Positions 1-7,929 of a stretch of 20,653 nt of DNA are shown here, piece by piece. The notes beneath the pieces were generated by a model. That model ran no database searches. It was not told where the DNA came from and worked only from the letters and a program-made list of their open reading frames with translations. The stretch is from a phage, in the NCBI GenBank assembly GCA_024975835.1, contig GCA_024975835.1_4840.2; one strand, written 5' to 3'. Position 1 is the first letter of the stretch, and each line of letters begins with the position of its first letter. A program made the translations under genes and the position numbers.

Positions 1-56
1 ATTATTCAATAACTGGCGAACGATGGGTTCACCGGGTTGAAAGGTAAGATTATATC

Positions 57-296
57 ATGAAGAACAAAATGGTCGAAACTTCAGTAGAGATTGATCGCAA
101 TTGGGGATTGCTCCGCGCTAAAGGGTTCCGCCGTGTGTATGCGACCAAAGAAGTCTACGCACAGCGTCGTGACGTTATCATCAGCAAGAAGGGCAAAGAG
201 TGGGTTGCTGAAGAAGTTGATGTCGAGACAGGCATCGTGGGAAAGGTAAAGGCCAAGGCCGCGATCCTCTTCGCTCTTCTGAAGCACATCAGTTAA
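57..296 (+). CDS. hypothetical protein (79 aa)
   Basis: Complete ORF; ATG preceded by AAGGTAAGATTATATC, i.e. SD-like AGGT plus the recurring TATATC-ATG start context. No recognisable motifs. Confidence 0.5.
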   Translation: MKNKMVETSVEIDRNWGLLRAKGFRRVYATKEVYAQRRDVIISKKGKEWVAEEVDVETGIVGKVKAKAAILFALLKHIS

Positions 297-307
297 TTCT
301 ATAACTT

Positions 308-333
308 TGGGTGGGGTATGATTACCCCGCCCA
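308..333 (+). promoter_or_regulatory. strong intergenic hairpin (11-bp stem with one G.U, loop TGAT); possible terminator or RNA processing/stability element
   Basis: TGGGTGGGGTA-TGAT-TACCCCGCCCA read directly from sequence between the stop at 296 and the start at 356. Only a short T run follows, so it is not a textbook intrinsic terminator. Confidence 0.4.
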
Positions 334-355
334 TTTGAAACCAAGAGACTATATC

Positions 356-733
356 ATGAAAAAGTTAATCCTCGCTGTTGCCCTGCTGGGCGCTTCCTTT
401 GCTGCTGTTTCCGCCCCTTCTGTCATCACTGGGGTGTCTACCAACGGTGTTTATGCTTTCAAGGCGTATGGCCAAGACCTCGTTCTGTATAAGAACGGGA
501 AGATGATTGAGCGCTGCGTATCAGACGACGTGAATCGTGGGATCGACAATCAGGGTAGCCCATACGTCCTGGACATCTATTCCTGCTCCAACGGGACGAA
601 GTCCTTTGGCGTCAAGACCTTTGGCAACGTCGCCGACGGTGGCTGGGGCTTCATGTTCGAAACCCGCAACCACCACCCGGTCAAGACCATGCAAGAAGAG
701 TTCTTGATCTCTGTCGGGGGTGGAACATTATGA
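356..733 (+). CDS. secreted/periplasmic protein with cleavable signal peptide (about 125 aa)
   Basis: ATG at 356 inside the track ORF 311..733 (the track start at 311 is GTG). N-terminus MKKLILAVALLGASFAAVSA-PSV is a classic Sec signal (K-K, hydrophobic core, AxA-like site). Start sits in GACTATATC-ATG context. Confidence 0.6.
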   Translation: MKKLILAVALLGASFAAVSAPSVITGVSTNGVYAFKAYGQDLVLYKNGKMIERCVSDDVNRGIDNQGSPYVLDIYSCSNGTKSFGVKTFGNVADGGWGFMFETRNHHPVKTMQEEFLISVGGGTL

Positions 734-1017
734 CGCCTGAACAACGCCGTTCCGTGAAAGTCATGGTGAAAGGTAAGACTCAGCTGAGTTATGTCCAGTC
801 TGCCAATGTTGTCCGCCTGATGGAAGTCAAGAACGACATCGACAACTCCCGATTCCAATCGGCGCTCTACGGGCTTCTCGAGTTCGTTCTTCGCCAGGCT
901 GATCTTGGTCCTGTCTATACTCTTGATGATCTGACCAAGCTGTTGAACACGGGCGGGGAAGGTTTCGACACTGCTCGTATCCTGATTGACGGTGGACCTG
1001 AAGAAGACGAGGTATAA
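730..1017 (+). CDS. hypothetical protein (95 aa)
   Basis: ORF whose ATG overlaps the upstream stop (ATGA at 730-733), suggesting translational coupling. No recognisable motifs. Confidence 0.5.
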   Translation: MTPEQRRSVKVMVKGKTQLSYVQSANVVRLMEVKNDIDNSRFQSALYGLLEFVLRQADLGPVYTLDDLTKLLNTGGEGFDTARILIDGGPEEDEV

Positions 1018-1177
1018 TTTGGATAAAGAATTGGTTTGGGAAATTGTGAAGGGTGTCTTAGTAATAATCGCGGTGGTTTTCATCTTGGGTGGGAACTTCT
1101 TCTATTGGTTATTCCGATCCGACCAGAAACGTCGCAAACGCAAGGAGAAAGAGAGAAAGGATCGATGGATGCGCTAA
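986..1177 (+). CDS. small membrane protein, one predicted TM helix and basic C-terminal tail; start uncertain
   Basis: Hydrophobic segment VLVIIAVVFILGGNFFYWLF followed by KRRKRKEKERK. The ATG at 986 overlaps the upstream gene by 32 nt; alternative in-frame starts TTG 1019 (GAGGT 5 nt upstream) or GTG 1043 are equally plausible. Confidence 0.35.
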   Translation: MTVDLKKTRYNLDKELVWEIVKGVLVIIAVVFILGGNFFYWLFRSDQKRRKRKEKERKDRWMR

Positions 1178-1209
1178 CTAAGGGATAACCCTATATCCCG
1201 AGGTGTGTC

Positions 1210-1659
1210 ATGTTCCTTACATCCTTTATTGACTGGTTGAACATCATTAACGGCCTGAGGATCCCTGTTGGGAACCTCGGGCTTTCTCGTTCTTCTATGC
1301 CGCAAATCGATGCCGACAAACAAGAAGATTTTCACAAATATCTTGAAGACAACGGTGTGTCCATAGATGCTGTGCAAGTGCCCATCAAAATGCTTCGTCT
1401 CACCCAGAACGAAATCAACAAGATGAAGGTCTGGAAGATCATGAAGAACATCAGAAATAAGAAACCTATGGGTCGAGTTTGGGTGTCTTCTGACAATTAC
1501 GTTGTTGACGGTTCTCACCGATTTGTCGCTGCGTTGAACATGGACGGCAAACAGCGCATGAAGGTCTACAAAGTTGATTTGCCAGCGATGGAATTTATTA
1601 AACTCGCTAAACAGTTTCAGGGTGTGCGATACAGAACGGTCAGCGACACCCGTTTCTGA
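1210..1659 (+). CDS. ParB/sulfiredoxin-like (ParB N-terminal nuclease-type) domain protein
   Basis: Motif VVDGSHRFVAA resembles the ParB/Srx-fold signature (DG-HR-xAA). GAGG lies 8 nt upstream of the ATG. Assignment is by motif only. Confidence 0.5.
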   Translation: MFLTSFIDWLNIINGLRIPVGNLGLSRSSMPQIDADKQEDFHKYLEDNGVSIDAVQVPIKMLRLTQNEINKMKVWKIMKNIRNKKPMGRVWVSSDNYVVDGSHRFVAALNMDGKQRMKVYKVDLPAMEFIKLAKQFQGVRYRTVSDTRF

Positions 1660-1738
1660 ATACGATAGTTTATTGAATCCCTTTACTCATTATGGTGAGC
1701 CGCCTATCATTTCATCCAATGAAATAAGGAGAATCGCC

Positions 1739-2425
1739 ATGAAACGTTTAATCCTCGGGGTTGTGCTGGCTGGTCTGGCATTACCCGCCGCTGCCAAGCT
1801 GAACTCCACAGGTGATAAACTGTGGTCCGACCTTTCCTATTGTGCTGGGTTCTCCCAGGCGGTTGCCATCGACAAGTCTGGTTCCATAGAGAACTTCGCT
1901 GAACTCTGGAACACAGGTAACGTCTCCACTGCTGTCGTCAATGCCGGAATTGAGTTCAACCGTTACAAACAGGGAGCCTATAACCTCAAGGGCTACCTCA
2001 ATGACGACGAATTTAACCGTGGAGGCATGGAGGCTGGCGATTTGATCATGACTGGGCGTATGGGCACCCAAGGCCGAATGACCGTAAGACAGTGCCGTTC
2101 GCTCCCTTCTCCAGCATTACAGAAGGGTGTGCAGGTTGGTCGCCGCCACCTGAACCTTATCAACGATGGCAACCAGTGCATCAAAGTATTCGAATACAGC
2201 GCTACGCAGACCTCTGATCGCGTCCTGAAGAAGGAATGGCGCACCCGCGCTCTTGGTCTCAGAGCCTGGCTGGTTGAGAACGATTATTACTTTGAAGACA
2301 GGGTTCAGAACGGTCTGAAAGACCTGGCCACGAATCTGAGCGTGAACCTTGATGATCCCCGCATGTCGCGCGAACTCCAGCAGACTCGTGTTGACTGCGA
2401 CAATATGATGAAGGAGAACGAGTGA
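1739..2425 (+). CDS. secreted protein with signal peptide (about 228 aa)
   Basis: ATG at 1739 inside track ORF 1574..2425, preceded by strong SD AAGGAG at 7 nt. N-terminus MKRLILGVVLAGLALPAAA-KL is signal-peptide-like. Confidence 0.65.
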   Translation: MKRLILGVVLAGLALPAAAKLNSTGDKLWSDLSYCAGFSQAVAIDKSGSIENFAELWNTGNVSTAVVNAGIEFNRYKQGAYNLKGYLNDDEFNRGGMEAGDLIMTGRMGTQGRMTVRQCRSLPSPALQKGVQVGRRHLNLINDGNQCIKVFEYSATQTSDRVLKKEWRTRALGLRAWLVENDYYFEDRVQNGLKDLATNLSVNLDDPRMSRELQQTRVDCDNMMKENE

Positions 2426-2751
2426 TGAAATGTAAAATCCTGCTCTTGTTGGTACTGATAGCCGGGTGTGTAAACGCCGCGCCACCGTCCAAACTGAACA
2501 CATGTGTGGCGTGGATGGAGACGTATCAGCAGTTCCACCCAGATGACAAAGATACATCTATCCTCCTGTCCGACTTCGAGGGAGAGCTGAAGCGCCTTGA
2601 TCTGTTCAGTGTTGATCAGATAGAGAATGCGCTGGATCTTCCCATGATGCTGACTGCGGCTGACAACAGTCCACAAACGAAGAAAGACCTGATGTATTGC
2701 CGGGGGATTGCCCAGGACTTTGTCGGATTTCAAAATAAAGTTTCGGGTTAA
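2425..2751 (+). CDS. putative lipoprotein (about 108 aa)
   Basis: MKCKILLLLVLIAGC carries a lipobox-like LIAG-C. AAGGAG lies 8 nt upstream of ATG 2425; the start overlaps the upstream stop (TGATG). Confidence 0.6.
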   Translation: MKCKILLLLVLIAGCVNAAPPSKLNTCVAWMETYQQFHPDDKDTSILLSDFEGELKRLDLFSVDQIENALDLPMMLTAADNSPQTKKDLMYCRGIAQDFVGFQNKVSG

Positions 2752-2772
2752 AATTTAGCCCTACATTGTGAA

Positions 2773-3657
2773 ATGAAGGAATACACTGTGATGCTCCTGA
2801 CCAAAACAATCGCTGCAGCGATTATCGAAAAGAATAAGGCTTTTGCCCCCAACGCAGCCAAAGTTATGTTGGTACACGAAGACGCTCGCGTGATCTTCGC
2901 CGAGAAGTTCGAGATGGGCGCGAAGTTCTGGTATGCCGACAACTTGCGTGAGAGCAAACTTCAGGGTATCATCCACAAACTGACTCTGGTCGCCAAGCGT
3001 AATGACCAGGGTGACTGGGTCGGCGTTTCTGACTTCAGTACGAAGATCACCCCAAAGGCTCCGCTTTCTCGTCAAGAGCGCATTCTGGAAGCCCAGGAAA
3101 AGCTGCGTGCGGCTCGGAGTACCCCAAAGGCGAAACCAGATGCAAGCCCTGTTATCAAGCCAGCGGTTGTTCCTAAGTCCAAATACCTCCCTCCCGTGAG
3201 TCAAAAGGCTGTGGAGCAATTGGTTGAGAAGCGCAAGGGTGACGTTGTGATGAAGTCTGACTCTTCAGTGGAGCCGTTCAAGCCGGATCCAGCAGAAGTA
3301 CAGGCGCTGGCAGAAAAGGTAAAGAATTCACAATTCATTTCCCTGCGTGAACTTGAACCGCCTACTCGCCGTCGTGTCGCCAACGAGCTGTTTGTGTCGT
3401 TCAGGTCGGATGGCAAGATCGTCCTGTGCAAAGCCCTGCGCGATGCAATCCCTTGGACAACTCTGAACATGATGGTCACTCGCGACTTCAAGCGTTTCGG
3501 TATCATGCAAGGCAAGGACTACAACGTCAACCAGAGCGGGACTTATGTTAATCGCGCCATGTGTGACAAACTGACCTTCCCAGAAGATACTGGAACGATC
3601 CGTGTCGTTCTGAACTGGGACGACAAGCTGAATATGTATGTTGGTGATTTCCAATAA
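2773..3657 (+). CDS. hypothetical protein (about 290 aa)
   Basis: Long ORF with a Lys/Pro-rich middle region. Start ambiguous between ATG 2773, GTG 2788 and ATG 2791; AAGGA at 2775-2779 favours one of the latter two. Confidence 0.55.
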   Translation: MKEYTVMLLTKTIAAAIIEKNKAFAPNAAKVMLVHEDARVIFAEKFEMGAKFWYADNLRESKLQGIIHKLTLVAKRNDQGDWVGVSDFSTKITPKAPLSRQERILEAQEKLRAARSTPKAKPDASPVIKPAVVPKSKYLPPVSQKAVEQLVEKRKGDVVMKSDSSVEPFKPDPAEVQALAEKVKNSQFISLRELEPPTRRRVANELFVSFRSDGKIVLCKALRDAIPWTTLNMMVTRDFKRFGIMQGKDYNVNQSGTYVNRAMCDKLTFPEDTGTIRVVLNWDDKLNMYVGDFQ

Positions 3658-3668
3658 TCAATAACCTC

Positions 3669-3700
3669 GGGTGGCTTATCATAAAGCTGCCCTTTCATTT
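3669..3700 (+). terminator. hairpin plus T-rich tail, candidate intrinsic terminator
   Basis: GGGTGGC-(10-nt loop)-GCTGCCC, a 7-bp stem with two G.U pairs, followed by TTTCATTT. Lies just after the stop at 3657. Confidence 0.35.
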
Positions 3701-3713
3701 GAGTGACTATATC

Positions 3714-4376
3714 ATGGAAAAACTTTATTCTATTATCGTCGGTCCTGATCCTGACGGATTATTCTTCGCCCCGTTGTCTTATATTGCCCACGCCCGTATC
3801 GGTAGCTATTACGCATATTGCACACGTGGCCACGACGGTTCCAATATCCTCCATTATAGCCGCCTGAACGATTTCCTGGAACTTCAACCAGAAGATGTTG
3901 TGCTGGCGCGTCGCGTGTTCATCGACTTCAACGCGATGCACAACAACGAAATCGACGCTCGCTATCATGCCATGCGTTCTATGGAAGGGGGAGACTGCAT
4001 TTATCGTATAGACCATTTTAGTGAGTTTACCGAATGTATTGATTGGTTTATCTCTGATAAAGTGATGGGTGAAAGAATCGTCACAACTCCGTGGGCACAT
4101 GCGGAACAACTTCGTGTGTCTACCGATGCGTACAAAGAAGTCGACAATCTGTGCAACAAGTTCCGCATCTCGGTGACCTGTAATCAAGACCTGGGCGAAG
4201 AGATACAATGGACAGCTGAGTCTCCTCATTTCAGTGACCTGGTGATGACGGCCGAAACCCGTTCCCGTGCTGTTATCCAGTTAGTACTCTGGGCGTTCTA
4301 CCAGCGCACCCCGTTCTCGTACATGGGACAGAAAGAGATTGATGAACTCCTGAAGTCTCACGCGGTGGAGGTGTAA
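3714..4376 (+). CDS. hypothetical protein (about 220 aa)
   Basis: ATG at 3714 inside track ORF 3699..4376, in GACTATATC-ATG context. No recognisable catalytic motifs. Confidence 0.6.
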   Translation: MEKLYSIIVGPDPDGLFFAPLSYIAHARIGSYYAYCTRGHDGSNILHYSRLNDFLELQPEDVVLARRVFIDFNAMHNNEIDARYHAMRSMEGGDCIYRIDHFSEFTECIDWFISDKVMGERIVTTPWAHAEQLRVSTDAYKEVDNLCNKFRISVTCNQDLGEEIQWTAESPHFSDLVMTAETRSRAVIQLVLWAFYQRTPFSYMGQKEIDELLKSHAVEV

Positions 4377-4377
4377 T

Positions 4378-4656
4378 ATGGCTGGTGTATGGTGTGATGT
4401 CTTGCTGGTTCGTTACAGCGTAAATGGGTGTGTCCAAGTGCGTTCCGCCTTCTATCCAGTACCGTTCTCTTCCGGTGGCCTGACGGTTCAGCGAGTTCTC
4501 AATATTGAGGCAGAACTGAACAAAAAGTCTTTTGGTGTACAAGTCCTGGGGTACGATCTTCTGAATGAAATGATGGTTGAAGAAGACAAAGTTGAGACTG
4601 TCATTGGTCGTCAGGAGATGGAATCGTTAATCTCCAAATCGGAGGTCAAATCATGA
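4378..4656 (+). CDS. hypothetical protein (92 aa)
   Basis: ORF starting 2 nt after the upstream stop (TAATATG). No motifs recognised. Confidence 0.5.
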   Translation: MAGVWCDVLLVRYSVNGCVQVRSAFYPVPFSSGGLTVQRVLNIEAELNKKSFGVQVLGYDLLNEMMVEEDKVETVIGRQEMESLISKSEVKS

Positions 4657-4901
4657 GTCCCAACATGGCAATAATCTGGGTTGGTGAATCGTCAATGCGT
4701 TGTCCTCACAAGACGATCACCTTCTTGGACGATGAGCGCCTGGCCGAACAACGGGTTGAAGTCCGCGAAATGCAGGTTTCTTCAAAGGCGGTGAACGTTC
4801 CTGTGACTAATATTCAGACTTTTAAGCCTTGCGTCAGAGTGATTTGTGAACGCTGTGGATGTTATGGCACGATGACGACTGAAGACGTGGCGAAAGGCTA
4901 A
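4653..4901 (+). CDS. hypothetical protein with Cys-rich C-terminus (82 aa)
   Basis: ATGA overlap with the upstream gene. C-terminal CxxxxICERCGC cluster could bind a metal. Function unknown. Confidence 0.5.
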   Translation: MSPNMAIIWVGESSMRCPHKTITFLDDERLAEQRVEVREMQVSSKAVNVPVTNIQTFKPCVRVICERCGCYGTMTTEDVAKG

Positions 4902-4994
4902 TAATTTCGCTTTATTCAATATGTTTTGTTAGGTAAGATGTAGTCCTCTTGTAGTGAACATGAAAGTAAACATTAACCCAACGGAGAAATCCAG

Positions 4995-5273
4995 ATGAAT
5001 CGTACTGAATTTGTTGCCCACATTGCTTCGACCCAGAACATCACCAAAGGCGAAGCGGAGAAAGTAGTGGCATCCTTTATCGACGGTGTAAAAACTGCAG
5101 TTGCTGCAGGCGCATCTGTACAGCTGGTCGGCTTCGGTGCGTTCGAAGTGAAACACCAAGAAGCGCGTGAAGGTCGCAACCCTCTGAACGGCCAGACCAT
5201 TCAGATCGCGGCGAAAAACGTTGTGAAATTCAAAGTGGGCGAAGGTCTGAAGAACGCTGCCAACGGCAAGTAA
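4995..5273 (+). CDS. HU/IHF-family histone-like DNA-binding protein
   Basis: Protein is 92 aa, typical HU length. Contains the HU-family arm signature VQLVGFGAFEVKHQEAREGRNPLNGQTIQIAAKNVVKFKVG (compare bacterial HU GFGxF...R.GRNP...I.A...F..G). GGAG lies about 9 nt upstream. Confidence 0.85.
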   Translation: MNRTEFVAHIASTQNITKGEAEKVVASFIDGVKTAVAAGASVQLVGFGAFEVKHQEAREGRNPLNGQTIQIAAKNVVKFKVGEGLKNAANGK

Positions 5274-5322
5274 TTCTATCTGACGCGCGGCCAGGCTCTG
5301 CAATCAGGGCATGGCAAAAGAG

Positions 5323-5355
5323 AAAGCCGGAGTACAATGCTCCGGCTTTTTCGTT
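5323..5355 (+). terminator. rho-independent terminator
   Basis: AAAGCCGGAG-(7-nt loop)-CTCCGGCTTT followed by TTTTTCGTTCTT, directly downstream of the HU-like gene. Confidence 0.7.
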
Positions 5356-5401
5356 CTTGGGGATCGGGTAAACTATAGGCGAATCCCATAGGAGGAAGAA
5401 A

Positions 5402-7120
5402 GTGACAGCATTCAACCAATATACTAAGGCGCTTGACGGCGTCGGACCAGTCAGCATAGACCGCATCAAGTCTCTTGCCACTGAGTTCTTCCCGTATGAC
5501 ACCGCCAACCCCGGCCAGATGGAATGCATCGTTGAAGCCATCGATGCCCTTGTGAATAAGAAATTCAAACACGTGATCATCGAGGCTCCGACTGGTGTAG
5601 GTAAATCCCTCATCGGCACTACCATCCATAACGTGCTTCGCCATTTGGTTCTTGAGCACAACCCGTATGGTCAGTTCCGCACGTCTATCACGACGCCGAC
5701 CAAAGGTTTACAGGATCAGTATGCAGCAGAGAAAGCCGTGGCGATAGACATCCTGAAGGGCAAGAAGAATTACCGTTGCCACATCAGTCCCGACCTATAC
5801 TACAACGCCATTCAGTGCCGTATGGCATGCCGTGATGGCCAGTGTAGTAAGAATCGTTGCCCATATGTTCAGGCGCGTCGACAGTGGACCGACGTCTCCT
5901 CCCTGCGCTGCACCAACGCCGCCATGATGGTGGAGATGTGCACGACGATCTGTATGAAGCCGGAAAACCGTGCCGATATGCTGATCCTTGACGAGTGTCA
6001 TAAAATGCCCTCTACGCTCCTAGAGCATACTATCATGGAATACAACATAAAGGCTGTGGAAGGGCTGCTTACGATCCCAGAGGGGGTGCCTATCGTGGAG
6101 ACCATCAAGGATATCATCATCCGCACAGAGAACTATGAATTGGGCAACCTGTATTCCCTGTCTGGTGAGATGCATGCGATATTTGATGAACTGCACGGCA
6201 AGGTTGAAGCCCTGTTGGAAACTCTTGAGGAACTGGTAGAGGACGAGCGCCTGACTGAAGCCCAGGTGATGAAGCTGTCTGATATTATTGATACTCTTCA
6301 CAACCTCAGCGACTACTGTGGTATCATGGGGCAGACCAACGCCAGCACTTTCATCGTACAGGAGAAGGACAAGGGTATGATTCAGTTCAAGCCTGTCATC
6401 GCCTCTGATGTATCCCAGTTCGGCCTGTTCCGCAAGGGTGACTACCACGTCCACATGTCGGCTACCATTTGTGGGATTGACTCGTACGCCCGGTCACTGG
6501 GTATCCGCGAGGGTGAGTACCACAAGATACAGATCGGCAACCCTATCCCGATTGAGAACCGGAAAGTCAACTACATGCCCATCATGAAGATGACAGCGAA
6601 CATGGGTGACTATGAGATGAAGAAGCTGGCCGAATACGTTGATGAAATCATCGCATTCCACCCTGGGCAGTCTGGTATCATTCACACAGTAAGTTATGAC
6701 CGCGCCCTGGCTATACAGAAGTTCAGTAAGTACCGGAATATGATTCACGTTCCTCGTACTCGTAAGGCTCTGATGGACATCATGGAACACGCGTTCAGGA
6801 CGAAGACGCCTTGTGTCATCGCCAGTCCGGCCATGGAAGAGGGGTATGACTTCAAAGGCGATTACAGTCGATTTCAGATCTTGATCAAGGTGCCATACGA
6901 TTACCTTGGTGATCCTCTGGTGGCCCACGTCAACAGTGTGGACCCATCGGCGTACTTCAGGATGGCGGTACTGCGTATCGTTCAGATGTGTGGGCGTTCG
7001 GTCAGGGGCGTGAATGACTGGGCTGCGACGTACATCCTTGATTCTTCTTTTGAATCACTGATGATGCGCAACCCAGAGTTCTTCCCCGCTTGGTTCACTG
7101 ATGCCGTGTTTGAGGTTTAG
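5402..7120 (+). CDS. SF2 DExH-box helicase with Cys-rich insert between motifs I and II (DinG/XPD-like architecture)
   Basis: GTG start with AGGAGG 6 nt upstream. Walker A EAPTGVGKS, motif II LILDECH, motif III SAT (HMSATICG), motif VI QMCGRSVRG. Five Cys within about 30 residues (RCH...QCRMACRDGQCSKNRCP) lie between motifs I and II, where XPD/DinG helicases carry their Fe-S domain. Confidence 0.8.
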   Translation: MTAFNQYTKALDGVGPVSIDRIKSLATEFFPYDTANPGQMECIVEAIDALVNKKFKHVIIEAPTGVGKSLIGTTIHNVLRHLVLEHNPYGQFRTSITTPTKGLQDQYAAEKAVAIDILKGKKNYRCHISPDLYYNAIQCRMACRDGQCSKNRCPYVQARRQWTDVSSLRCTNAAMMVEMCTTICMKPENRADMLILDECHKMPSTLLEHTIMEYNIKAVEGLLTIPEGVPIVETIKDIIIRTENYELGNLYSLSGEMHAIFDELHGKVEALLETLEELVEDERLTEAQVMKLSDIIDTLHNLSDYCGIMGQTNASTFIVQEKDKGMIQFKPVIASDVSQFGLFRKGDYHVHMSATICGIDSYARSLGIREGEYHKIQIGNPIPIENRKVNYMPIMKMTANMGDYEMKKLAEYVDEIIAFHPGQSGIIHTVSYDRALAIQKFSKYRNMIHVPRTRKALMDIMEHAFRTKTPCVIASPAMEEGYDFKGDYSRFQILIKVPYDYLGDPLVAHVNSVDPSAYFRMAVLRIVQMCGRSVRGVNDWAATYILDSSFESLMMRNPEFFPAWFTDAVFEV

Positions 7121-7884
7121 TAACCCGCAACGAAGGACAGATGGCACTTGACATTCGGTTCCAACGACGTCACAGAAACCGTCATATTGTCCGTATCTTG
7201 GCTGAAGTCAATGGTGGCGAGAGGTTTGGTCTGAATATGGTTGTAAACACTGTAGATCAGATCCTCGCCACGATACCCTACCTTCCCGTCGGTGTCTTGC
7301 CAATGACCCAGTGTCTCATCGTAGACATGTACTCTGAACTCGATCATATGGAAGAGTGCCTTGGGGATGTCCTTGAGCACGCTGGTGCCAACCACGGGAA
7401 TCTCTATGCTGGAATCATTGGAGTTCCCTTCATAGACCGAAGCCCATGCAAAGGTAGGATCACCCCCAGCAACAGGGGTTCGCTTCCAGTATTGGAATTC
7501 TGGGTTGCCTGAAGCGTTCTTCTGAAGTAGAATGACCTCACCACCTTTGAAGTTCGAAGTATCGATGTCGCCTCGCTGAAGTTCATCTGCTGGAGATCCA
7601 ATAAATTTCCAGCCTTCGCGATCCAATAAAGACTTATAATAGTCGGTGAACACGTTGCTGTCTTCTGCATCGTTGATGGCATCTTTGAGACCTTGGCCTG
7701 TCACCATCTCGTTGAGCTTCAACCACATGTTCTTGACAGCAGACGCTGCTGCGACTTGTCCAGCAGTCCCACCTGCAGCATAATCATAGATGATATCTTC
7801 TGACTTGATAGCATCATAGATAGAGAGGAGCAATTGCTCAATCTGCGGGGCGGTGAGACTGAAACGATATGCGCGGGGTGCCAT
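7117..7884 (-). CDS. hypothetical late protein (about 255 aa), only convincing minus-strand gene in the window
   Basis: Start assigned to ATG 7884 (MAPRAYRF...) within track ORF 7117..8043, because GAGGAA lies about 8 nt upstream and a TATAAATA box lies about 36 nt upstream on the minus strand. 3' end converges on, and overlaps, the helicase stop. No catalytic motif recognised. Confidence 0.6.
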   Translation of the reverse strand: MAPRAYRFSLTAPQIEQLLLSIYDAIKSEDIIYDYAAGGTAGQVAAASAVKNMWLKLNEMVTGQGLKDAINDAEDSNVFTDYYKSLLDREGWKFIGSPADELQRGDIDTSNFKGGEVILLQKNASGNPEFQYWKRTPVAGGDPTFAWASVYEGNSNDSSIEIPVVGTSVLKDIPKALFHMIEFRVHVYDETLGHWQDTDGKVGYRGEDLIYSVYNHIQTKPLATIDFSQDTDNMTVSVTSLEPNVKCHLSFVAGY

Positions 7885-7919
7885 AGTTTCATTCCTCTTT
7901 CTATAAAACCAGTTTGGGA

Positions 7920-7927
7920 TATTTATA
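7920..7927 (-). promoter_or_regulatory. T4-type late promoter box TATAAATA on the minus strand
   Basis: Plus-strand TATTTATA at 7920-7927 is the reverse complement of TATAAATA, positioned upstream of the minus-strand ATG at 7884. A gp55-like late sigma factor is encoded in this same window. Confidence 0.5.
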
Positions 7928-7929
7928 TC

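Noticed and set aside
311-355. Upstream extensions of track ORFs (GTG 311, 1574, 3699, 7834, 14074, 14832, TTG 19278)
   Set aside because: The extensions use weak alternative starts with no SD, overlap terminator hairpins or upstream genes, and in each case an internal ATG with an SD and a native-looking N-terminus is present.
577-1083. Long antisense ORFs on the minus strand (577..1083, 2117..2557, 2305..2733, 2761..3219, 10777..11337, 11881..12651, 19534..20016 and others)
   Set aside because: Each lies entirely inside a well-supported plus-strand gene, lacks an SD or promoter context, and has low-complexity or Ser/Arg/Cys-rich translations typical of shadow frames.
4902-4994. Sigma70-type promoter in the AT-rich gap upstream of the HU-like gene
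   Set aside because: Several weak hexamer pairs (TTGTTA/TAAGAT, TTGTAG/ATTAAC) but none with a convincing -10 at 17-bp spacing. Plausible but not supportable as a specific site.
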